A DNA stretch of 34,262 bases, from the NCBI GenBank assembly GCA_021781865.1, contig JAJXVZ010000001.1:1-34262 (forward strand), in the 5' to 3' direction. This stretch comes from a bacterium (GTDB lineage: Bacteria; Patescibacteriota; Minisyncoccia; Phycocordibacterales; Phycocordibacteraceae). This document shows, piece after piece, positions 25,989 to 34,039 of the stretch (positions are counted from its first letter, which is position 1; the number at the start of each line of letters is the position of its first letter). The position numbers and the translations under genes are program-made. Under the pieces are notes generated by a model. It saw only the letters and a program-made list of their open reading frames with translations. It was not told the origin of the DNA and searched no databases.

Positions 25989-26621
25989 TTACTGTCCGGG
26001 TGGAAATGGCATATAACCACCCCCATTGATGTATCCCGACATTGGTTTGTTTGAACTGTCTGCCGCTTTCGGAAGTGTCGTTCGACCATTCCCAAACCAT
26101 GGGATAATCTCAATTCCCCCCAAAATATGATAATGGTGATTGGCGTCTCTCACCTGCTGTTCCACACAGTATCCTTGAGCACTTTTCTCACTCGTGCTTT
26201 GCCGATAGCGACCCGTGTTCATTCCAGCAGTGAAGCCGTACCCAAGCCCGCCGAGCATATATCGGACGATATCCGCTCCAGGAAATGCTGCTGCAAAACC
26301 TCCTTCGCCAACTGCAATTGCCAGAGCAGACCATCCGCCCTCTTTCGCTATCGCCTGTGCCCAGCCCGGGAGTTGATGAAAAAGTTTCCCCTGGCAGTAC
26401 TTGTCCAAGTAGAGAATTTGGGTTCTCTCCACCTTTGACCATCTCGCCTGTTTCCCGTTTGAAGCAGGGACGTAAGGGATGTCGCCTGCTGCCGGTACGA
26501 CAGCATACGCGCCAGAAAACTTTTCCCCCCGATCCCCGATCGTGCTAGTGCTGGCGCATGCCCCCAATAATCCGAGGGTTGTTATCACCAGAACAATCTC
26601 GACGACCGACTTTACCGTCAT
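25989..26621 (-). CDS. hypothetical lipoprotein
   Basis: Lipobox 'LGLLGAC' after a hydrophobic h-region, and a Gly-rich 'GGLGYGFTAGMNTG' segment. I prefer the ATG at 26619-26621 (GGAGG 5 nt upstream) over the GTG at 26633. Confidence 0.6.
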   Translation of the reverse strand: MTVKSVVEIVLVITTLGLLGACASTSTIGDRGEKFSGAYAVVPAAGDIPYVPASNGKQARWSKVERTQILYLDKYCQGKLFHQLPGWAQAIAKEGGWSALAIAVGEGGFAAAFPGADIVRYMLGGLGYGFTAGMNTGRYRQSTSEKSAQGYCVEQQVRDANHHYHILGGIEIIPWFGNGRTTLPKAADSSNKPMSGYINGGGYMPFPPGQ

Positions 26622-26642
26622 AAAGACCTCCACTTATCTATA

Positions 26643-26667
26643 GAGTTCAATCCCTCTGATTGAACTC
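26643..26667. promoter_or_regulatory. perfect 9-bp inverted repeat (GAGTTCAAT-N7-ATTGAACTC) in the divergent lipoprotein/tgt intergenic region
   Basis: Read directly from the sequence. It lies 22 nt upstream of the lipoprotein ATG. It could be an operator or a 5'-UTR hairpin. Confidence 0.3.
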
Positions 26668-26733
26668 ACCTGAAATTACGATACTCAATTATTATCGTTT
26701 GTCAATATCGCGTTGGTACATTAAGGTGAAGAG

Positions 26734-27954
26734 ATGGACGCAATCTCATTTGTGATAGACAGGCATGTATCGCGAAATGGCGCACGTGCGGGCAGTATCA
26801 CCACGCCGCATGGCATCATTCATACGCCAGCTTTTATACCAGTTGGTACAAGGGCGAATGTAAAAGGCATACTACCGAGCGCACTTACAGCACTTGGTGC
26901 TGAAGCCGTATTGGCAAATACCTATCATCTATATCTGCAGCCAGGCGAGAGAATCATTCAGGATGCTGGCGGTCTTGGAAAGTTCATGGCATGGCCTGGA
27001 CCAACCATAACTGATTCAGGCGGTTTTCAAGTTTTCTCTCTCGGTGCGGCTTTTGGGAAGAAAATTTCAAAATTTGTAAAAGCGAACACACCCGGTGAAA
27101 AAGGTGTTGCGGTATATGACGAGGACGTTGCGAGTCAGCATGGGCAGCTCGCAATTATCGACAATGAGGGTGTCTCATTCACCTCACATCTCGATGGCTC
27201 GTTACATCGTTTTACTCCAGAGCGTTCAGTTGAAATTCAGCACACACTTGGCGCGGATATCTTTTTTGCTTTTGACGAATGTACTTCACCGGATGAATCA
27301 TACGATTATCAACGTGAGGCGATGGAACGTACGCACCGTTGGGCAGATCGTTCGCTTAGGGCACATCGACAAAACCTTAATGCGAACAAAAAACAAGCGA
27401 TCTTTGGTATTGTGCAGGGTGGCCGGTACGAGGATCTGCGTCGAGAATCCGCACGCATAATTGCCGCTCTTGGCTTTGATGGAATCGGCATCGGGGGCTC
27501 GTTCTCAAAAAAGGATATGGGGAGTACGCTTGCGGCGGCGGTTGACGAACTTCCCGAGGAACTACCGCGGCATTTTCTCGGCATCGGTGAACCAGGGGAC
27601 ATTCTCGAGGGTATTGCGAATGGCATGGATTTATTCGATTGCGTTGCAGCAACACGGATTGGTCGTCACGGCTCAATCTACACGAAAAAGGGCATCATTC
27701 ACTTAAAAAACGGGAAGTATCGTGATGATTTTTCTTTGCTTGATCCAGAAACCGTCATTTCAGGCACTGAGCAGTTCACCCGTGCCTACGTATCGCATCT
27801 CGTCCGTGCAGGTGAAATGCTTGGCTCCGTCCTTGCTTCTATGCACAATGTCGGTTTCGTCCTCAATCTTGTCGCCGGTGCACGTATAGCCATTCTTGAT
27901 GGTCGATTCGAAGAATATCGCTCGAATTTCACACGTAAATATTACGGCAGATAA
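26734..27954 (+). CDS. tgt: tRNA-guanine transglycosylase family protein (divergent; zinc motif absent)
   Basis: 406 aa. 'TPAFIPVGT', 'LANTYHL', 'TDSGGFQVFSL', 'AFDECT', 'IFGIVQGGRYEDLR' and 'GMDLFDCV' align with my recollection of E. coli Tgt. Confidence 0.85.
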   Translation: MDAISFVIDRHVSRNGARAGSITTPHGIIHTPAFIPVGTRANVKGILPSALTALGAEAVLANTYHLYLQPGERIIQDAGGLGKFMAWPGPTITDSGGFQVFSLGAAFGKKISKFVKANTPGEKGVAVYDEDVASQHGQLAIIDNEGVSFTSHLDGSLHRFTPERSVEIQHTLGADIFFAFDECTSPDESYDYQREAMERTHRWADRSLRAHRQNLNANKKQAIFGIVQGGRYEDLRRESARIIAALGFDGIGIGGSFSKKDMGSTLAAAVDELPEELPRHFLGIGEPGDILEGIANGMDLFDCVAATRIGRHGSIYTKKGIIHLKNGKYRDDFSLLDPETVISGTEQFTRAYVSHLVRAGEMLGSVLASMHNVGFVLNLVAGARIAILDGRFEEYRSNFTRKYYGR

Positions 27955-28015
27955 ATAAAAGACGTTCGAGTTTCTCCTTAGCAATTTACTTGTTTGTCTT
28001 ATACACTGCTTCTTT

Positions 28016-30067
28016 ATGGCAAACAACTTCAACTTGCACGCCCCGTTTCCACCAGCTGGAGATCAACCGCAGGCGATCGAAAAGCTCAAAGAAGGGCTTA
28101 GTCAGGGCATGCAACATCAGACCTTATTTGGTGTCACGGGAAGCGGGAAAACATTCACGGTCGCAAATGTTATTGCCGCAAATGATAAACCGACGCTCGT
28201 TCTTGCACATAACAAGACGCTTGCAGCACAGCTTGCACAAGAGTATCGAGAATTTTTCCCCGAAAACGCAGTACATTACTTTGTTTCATATTATGACTAC
28301 TACCAGCCAGAAGCGTATATCGCACACTCGGATACCTATATAGAAAAGGAAGCGATGATCAACGCGGAAATAGACCGTCTGCGTCATGCGGCAACACAAG
28401 CGCTTCTCACGCGTACTGACGTTATCATTGTCGCCTCAGTTTCCGCCATTTACGGTCTCGGTTCACCCAAGGAATATGAAAAGATGCATGTAAAGATCGT
28501 AGAAGGTTGTGTTGAAGATCGTGCAGGGCTTATACGCAAACTCATTGGAATCTACTTTGAGCGAACGAATGCTGATTTGAATCCAGGGCAATTGCGCGCC
28601 ATTGGTAATTCCCTTGAGTTTATGCCGGTTAATGAACGCGTCATATATCGGGTGACATTCGATGGTGTTACGATCGCTCATATCGATCAGCTCGATCCAG
28701 TCTCGCGTGCGAAGATTGCGGAACCAAAATCAATTTTTGTCTTCCCAGCAAAACACTTCGTTACAAATGAGGATGAGCGCAATCGCGCCGTCGAAAACAT
28801 CAAGCTTGAACTTGATGAACAGCTGGCAAAATTCAAACGTGAAGAAAAACCGCTCGAGGCAGAACGGCTAAAACGGCGGACTCTTCATGACCTTGCACTC
28901 ATCCGTGAGCTTGGCTACACGAGCGGTATTGAAAATTACTCACGTCACTTTGATGGTAGGTCACCTGGACAACCACCATACACGCTCCTTTCATATTTTC
29001 CACATACGAAAGATGGTTCGGCCGATTTTTTTACGGTTATTGATGAGTCGCACGTAACTGTTCCGCAGATAGGCGGCATGTACGCAGGTGACAAATCACG
29101 TAAGGACACACTTATTGAATACGGCTTTCGTCTTCCTTCGGCGCGTGACAACCGCCCGCTCCGATTTGAAGAATTTGAGGAACGTGTTGGTCAAGTTTTA
29201 TACACGAGCGCGACACCGGGACCTTACGAACGTGAGCATTCCGAACAGATTGTCGAACAAATTATACGACCGACCGGTCTCATTGACCCCGAGCTCACAG
29301 TACGTGCGGTAGGTGAGGCAGGAGGCTACAAAGGGCAAGTTGCCGATTTTATTAATGAAGCGGAGATAGTTATAAAACGCGGTGGCCGTGCGCTTGCGAC
29401 AACTCTTACCAAACAAATGGCTGAAGATCTTTCTGCGTTTCTGCGCGAGCGTGGTGTGAAAGCCGAATACCTTCACTCGGACGTGAAGACGATTGATCGC
29501 ATTGATATTCTAACCAATTTTCGTAAGGGTATATTCGATATTCTTGTCGGAGTCAACCTATTGCGCGAGGGTCTTGATCTCCCTGAGGTTGAGCTTGTGG
29601 GTATTTTAGACGCCGATAAGGAAGGTTTTTTACGTAGTGAAACCTCACTCATCCAGACCATCGGCCGTGCGGCGCGCAATGTTCTTGGTCGTGTCATTCT
29701 CTACGCCGATATCATGACGGGTTCGCTCGAACGCGCCATTGGCGAGACAAATCGCCGCCGCGAACTGCAACTTAGTTATAATAAGAAACATGGGATCACA
29801 CCGACCACTATCAAGAAGGAAATTCATGATATCGCGGACTCGATGCGCACGGAACACCAACATACCATCGACGAACTCCTCGCGCTTGACATGCTTGCGT
29901 ATGCGGACGATCCGGCCGAGTTCATAAAGCGAAAAAGAAAAGAGATGGCCGAAGCAGTGGAGCAACTTGATTTCGAGACGGCTGCGCTTATTAGAGATGA
30001 ACTTTATAAACTTGAGGGCACGGGGCCTAAAAGTAAGAAGCATCGCAAACGCAAGCTTTTCAGTTAA
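28016..30067 (+). CDS. uvrB: excinuclease ABC subunit B
   Basis: 683 aa. 'GDQPQAI', 'GVTGSGKT', 'FVSYYDYYQPEAY', 'DESHVT', 'VGVNLLREGLDLPEV' and a C-terminal UVR motif 'LDFETAALIRDEL'. Confidence 0.97.
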   Translation: MANNFNLHAPFPPAGDQPQAIEKLKEGLSQGMQHQTLFGVTGSGKTFTVANVIAANDKPTLVLAHNKTLAAQLAQEYREFFPENAVHYFVSYYDYYQPEAYIAHSDTYIEKEAMINAEIDRLRHAATQALLTRTDVIIVASVSAIYGLGSPKEYEKMHVKIVEGCVEDRAGLIRKLIGIYFERTNADLNPGQLRAIGNSLEFMPVNERVIYRVTFDGVTIAHIDQLDPVSRAKIAEPKSIFVFPAKHFVTNEDERNRAVENIKLELDEQLAKFKREEKPLEAERLKRRTLHDLALIRELGYTSGIENYSRHFDGRSPGQPPYTLLSYFPHTKDGSADFFTVIDESHVTVPQIGGMYAGDKSRKDTLIEYGFRLPSARDNRPLRFEEFEERVGQVLYTSATPGPYEREHSEQIVEQIIRPTGLIDPELTVRAVGEAGGYKGQVADFINEAEIVIKRGGRALATTLTKQMAEDLSAFLRERGVKAEYLHSDVKTIDRIDILTNFRKGIFDILVGVNLLREGLDLPEVELVGILDADKEGFLRSETSLIQTIGRAARNVLGRVILYADIMTGSLERAIGETNRRRELQLSYNKKHGITPTTIKKEIHDIADSMRTEHQHTIDELLALDMLAYADDPAEFIKRKRKEMAEAVEQLDFETAALIRDELYKLEGTGPKSKKHRKRKLFS

Positions 30068-30168
30068 CCGTTCCGTAAGTTGTTTGCAATAATATTTTCA
30101 ACAAGAAAAAATGAAATTGTATGCTACAATACACAGTGTACCTGTCCCTCCACGGGCAGGAGTTTTGT

Positions 30169-32811
30169 ATGGCGAAACACACGAAAAAAGAAGAACATGA
30201 ACACAGGCACGGGAGCGACTGGCTCGCGGTGAAAGGTGCGCGCACGCATAACTTGAAAAACATTTCGATTAAGATGCCACGTGGCGCGATGACGGTCATC
30301 ACCGGTCTCTCTGGGAGCGGTAAGTCTTCGCTTGCTTTCGACACCATCTTCGCCGAGGGCCAGCGGCGCTACGTCGAATCGCTTTCCGCGTATGCGCGAC
30401 AGTTTCTCAACCAAATGGCGAAGCCGGATATTGATGAGATATCCGGACTCTCACCGGCTATCTCTATAGACCAGAAAAGTCGTTCGAATAACCCGCGCTC
30501 GACGGTGGCAACAGTTACTGAAATTTATGATTACCTGCGTGTCCTTTATGCGCGTGCGGGACAACCTTACTGCATTCATCACGACGTGCCCATCGTACGA
30601 CTTTCAAAGGAAGAGATGATCAAAATGGTGCTTTCGCGTGTAGACGCGAAACGTGTTGATATGAATACGAATATTATGGGAGTTGCGGTGGACAAGAGCG
30701 CGGTAACCATTTTGAGCCCCGTTGTTGTTGGTAGGAAAGGCGAATACTATCAATTACTCTACGACCTTCTCAACAAGGGATATGAAAGGGTAATTATCGA
30801 TGGGAAACCGAAGTCGCTTCGTGAGAAAATAGAACTTGATCGAAATAAGCATCACAGCATCGACGCGGTCGTTGATCGTATATTTGCTTCAGAGTTTACA
30901 CGAACGATCGATGGTGCACGTGAGCGGCTCTCAGAAGCACTCGAACTCGCACTTAAAGAATCTGATGGTCTCGTGAAAATCCAGCATGCTGACGGGACAT
31001 CAGAAACCCTTTCATCGAAGTTTATTTGTCCAAATGATGGTGCATCTTTCCCCGAAGTAGAACCACGTCTTTTTTCTTTCAATTCGCCATATGGCGCGTG
31101 CCCTGCTTGTCATGGTCTCGGAACAGAGTCTCTTTTTTCTGATAACCAATGTCTCGTATGCGAGGGGAAACGACTTCGTCCAGAAGCGCTGCGCGTATAT
31201 TTGAAAGGAAAAATGGATAAAACATTGGGGAAAAACATCGTCGATTTTACCGGATTATCGATTAGAGAAGCAAAAGAGTTTATCGATACAATTGAACTTT
31301 CGGCTATACGGAAAGACATCGCCGCGCCTATTTTGAGGGAAATCGAGAATCGTCTTACCTTCATGCTAAACGTTGGCCTTGACTATCTTACATTGAATCG
31401 TTCAGCAGCAACACTTTCTGGTGGCGAAAGTCAACGTATTCGATTAGCTTCCCAACTTGGCAGTGGTCTCACAGGCGCGCTTTATGTACTCGACGAGCCA
31501 ACCATTGGTTTGCATCAACGCGACAATGATCGTCTCATTAAAACACTTCTGACTTTAAAAGAGCTCGGAAACACAATCCTCATCGTCGAACATGATGAGG
31601 AGACTATTTTCTCCTCCGATTACATCGTAGATATAGGTCCTGGTGCGGGGAAACATGGCGGCACGGTTGTTGCTTCTGGTTGGCTTGATGACCTATTGAT
31701 CGCTGGAAAAAATGAAAGCGGCTCGTCAACACTCGCATACTTACGTGGGGAACGGGAGATTCCTTTGCCAAAAACGCGTCGCACGGGCGAAAAGGGTTCA
31801 CTGAAAGTGCGCGGCGCAACATTGCACAATATAAAAAATCAAAACATTGATGTCCCACTCGGGAAACTCGTTTGCATTACAGGTGTTTCTGGAAGCGGTA
31901 AGTCGACGTTTCTCTATGATATTTTGCATCGTAATATCGCGGCCCGCTTTGCTCGTCGTGAGGCAAAACTTGAGCACGTGGCGTCTCTGACGGGTACTGA
32001 ATATATTAGTCGCGCAGTGCTCATTGATCAGTCACCGATTGGACGCACCCCACGCTCCAACCCCGCGACTTATACCGGTGCTTTCACTCACATACGCGAT
32101 CTCTTCGCCTCTACCGCTGAGGCGCGCGCACGCGGATGGCGACCCGGCCGCTTCTCTTTTAATGTTCCGGGTGGACGCTGCGAGGCTTGTCAGGGAAACG
32201 GTTCTATTGCCGTAGAGATGCACTTCTTACCAACGGTATATGTAACTTGTGATGTATGTGAAGGGAAGCGTTTCATGAGAGAAACACTTGAAATCACTTA
32301 CCGTGGTAAAAACATTCACGAAGTGCTCGGCATGACCATCGAGGAGGCGGAAAAGTTTTTCGGAGATATTCCTGCGATTGCCGAACGTCTTGCGAGTCTC
32401 AATGCGACCGGGCTTGAATATCTTACGCTCGGACAGAGCGCGACGACTCTCTCGGGCGGGGAAGCACAGCGTGTAAAGATTGCGAGTGAACTTCATCGTC
32501 CAATCACAATGAAAACCATCTATCTTCTCGACGAACCGACGGTCGGTCTACACTATGAGGATGTACGGAAGCTCATTGAAATTCTTCAGGAACTTGTGCG
32601 ACGTGGTAACACGGTCGTCGTCATTGAACATAACCTCGACGTCATTAAGAGTGCTGATTACCTTATAGACTTCGGGCCTGAGGGTGGACAGGACGGTGGC
32701 ACCGTTATTGCGAAAGGTACACCCGAAGAAGTAGCTGAAATTTCCGGTTCGCATACAGGTGTCTACTTAGCAAAGGTTCTAAAACGTCATGCAGCTAAAC
32801 GAACTCATTAA
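30169..32811 (+). CDS. uvrA: excinuclease ABC subunit A
   Basis: 'ARTHNLKNI', 'GLSGSGKSSLAFDTIFAEGQRRYVESLSAYARQFL', two 'LSGGE.QR' signatures, and Zn-finger Cys pairs (CPACHG, CLVCEG, CEACQG, CDVCEG). I prefer the ATG at 30169 (GGAG 7 nt upstream) over 30121. Confidence 0.95.
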   Translation: MAKHTKKEEHEHRHGSDWLAVKGARTHNLKNISIKMPRGAMTVITGLSGSGKSSLAFDTIFAEGQRRYVESLSAYARQFLNQMAKPDIDEISGLSPAISIDQKSRSNNPRSTVATVTEIYDYLRVLYARAGQPYCIHHDVPIVRLSKEEMIKMVLSRVDAKRVDMNTNIMGVAVDKSAVTILSPVVVGRKGEYYQLLYDLLNKGYERVIIDGKPKSLREKIELDRNKHHSIDAVVDRIFASEFTRTIDGARERLSEALELALKESDGLVKIQHADGTSETLSSKFICPNDGASFPEVEPRLFSFNSPYGACPACHGLGTESLFSDNQCLVCEGKRLRPEALRVYLKGKMDKTLGKNIVDFTGLSIREAKEFIDTIELSAIRKDIAAPILREIENRLTFMLNVGLDYLTLNRSAATLSGGESQRIRLASQLGSGLTGALYVLDEPTIGLHQRDNDRLIKTLLTLKELGNTILIVEHDEETIFSSDYIVDIGPGAGKHGGTVVASGWLDDLLIAGKNESGSSTLAYLRGEREIPLPKTRRTGEKGSLKVRGATLHNIKNQNIDVPLGKLVCITGVSGSGKSTFLYDILHRNIAARFARREAKLEHVASLTGTEYISRAVLIDQSPIGRTPRSNPATYTGAFTHIRDLFASTAEARARGWRPGRFSFNVPGGRCEACQGNGSIAVEMHFLPTVYVTCDVCEGKRFMRETLEITYRGKNIHEVLGMTIEEAEKFFGDIPAIAERLASLNATGLEYLTLGQSATTLSGGEAQRVKIASELHRPITMKTIYLLDEPTVGLHYEDVRKLIEILQELVRRGNTVVVIEHNLDVIKSADYLIDFGPEGGQDGGTVIAKGTPEEVAEISGSHTGVYLAKVLKRHAAKRTH

Positions 32812-34027
32812 ATTCAACCTACCGGATATTCCAGGGGTTTATCTATTTAAACGAGGGCGAAAAGTTTTATATGTAGGTAAGGCGACATCGCTTCGCGATC
32901 GTGTTCGTTCGTACTTTGATGATGACCTTATCGCAATGCGTGGGCCTCGCATTGTTGATATGGTAACGAAGTCCGACCGACTTACTTACGAAACAACCCC
33001 GACAGTGCTTGAGGCTTTGGTACGTGAAGCGGCGCTTATTAAGCGATATCACCCACCTGCAAATGTGGAAGGGAAAGACGATTCAACGTTTCTTTACGCA
33101 TGTATCACGCAAGAGGAGATCCCACGTGTGCTTATACTACGAGGGAAAGAAATCGACTTTAAGGCGAAACGCACGTTCAATGGGCAAAAACTGAAAGCGT
33201 TGTATGGACCATTTCCTTCTCTCACACAATTACGCGAAGGATTGCGTATTATTCGACGCATCTTCCCATTTTTTGACACAGCAAAGCCAGTTATCGCAAA
33301 CGATAAACACCATTTGGCAAAGATGGAATTTAACAGACAAATTGGGCAGTATCCACATACTTTTAATGCAAAAGAATATCGACATTCAATGCGTCAAGTT
33401 GCGCTTCTTCTTTCTGGTCGTGGGAGGGAATTGCGGACGAGGCTTGAAAGGGAAATGCGAATAGCAGTAAAGAAAGAGCGTTTTGAAGAAGCGGCTGAGG
33501 CACGTAAGGCGCTCTTCGCACTCAATCATGTGCAGGATGTTTCTCTCATTAGAGGTGAAGGGCTCGTGGAACCAGTGGAAAATTCCGTACGCATAGAGGC
33601 CTACGACACCGCGCATCTTTCTGGCACGAGCGCCATTGGTGTCATGATAGTTATTGAAAATGATACATCAATTAAGAAGGATTACCGGATATTTCATATA
33701 CGTGGCGTTCAGAAGAACAATGACATCGCGTCGTTGAGGGAGATTCTCTTACGACGTCTCGGGCATTCGGAATGGCCTTTACCAAAAGTAATAGTTGTGG
33801 ATGGCGGGGTAGCTCAGAAGAGAACCGCAGAGACGGTACTTGCCGAGGCCGGCGTCGTCATTCCTGTTGTTGCGGTCGTGAAAGACGAACGACATCATCC
33901 CCGTGAGATTATCGGTGCACGTCGTGCCGGTATTACCGAGGCAAATGCCGTATTCGCTAATAGCGAAGCGCACCGTTTTTCTCTTGCACGACACCGTCAT
34001 GCGCGGAATAAATTATATAAGGCCTGA
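32789..34027 (+). CDS. uvrC: excinuclease ABC subunit C, shortened form (412 aa)
   Basis: GIY-YIG 'GVYLFKRGRKVLYVGKATSLRDRVRSYF', UVR domain 'ERFEEAAEARKAL', and an RNase-H-like endonuclease region 'IEAYDTAH ... NNDIASLREIL ... VVDGGVAQ ... EAHRF'. No C-terminal HhH2 domain. The start overlaps uvrA by 23 nt. Confidence 0.85.
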   Translation: MQLNELIKFNLPDIPGVYLFKRGRKVLYVGKATSLRDRVRSYFDDDLIAMRGPRIVDMVTKSDRLTYETTPTVLEALVREAALIKRYHPPANVEGKDDSTFLYACITQEEIPRVLILRGKEIDFKAKRTFNGQKLKALYGPFPSLTQLREGLRIIRRIFPFFDTAKPVIANDKHHLAKMEFNRQIGQYPHTFNAKEYRHSMRQVALLLSGRGRELRTRLEREMRIAVKKERFEEAAEARKALFALNHVQDVSLIRGEGLVEPVENSVRIEAYDTAHLSGTSAIGVMIVIENDTSIKKDYRIFHIRGVQKNNDIASLREILLRRLGHSEWPLPKVIVVDGGVAQKRTAETVLAEAGVVIPVVAVVKDERHHPREIIGARRAGITEANAVFANSEAHRFSLARHRHARNKLYKA

Positions 34028-34039
34028 TATACTTTGCTC

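Noticed and set aside
30121-30168. The track start at 30121 for uvrA (MLQYTVYLSLHGQEFC...).
   Set aside because: The extension is not UvrA-like. The ATG at 30169 is preceded by GGAG and is followed shortly by the conserved UvrA N-terminus.
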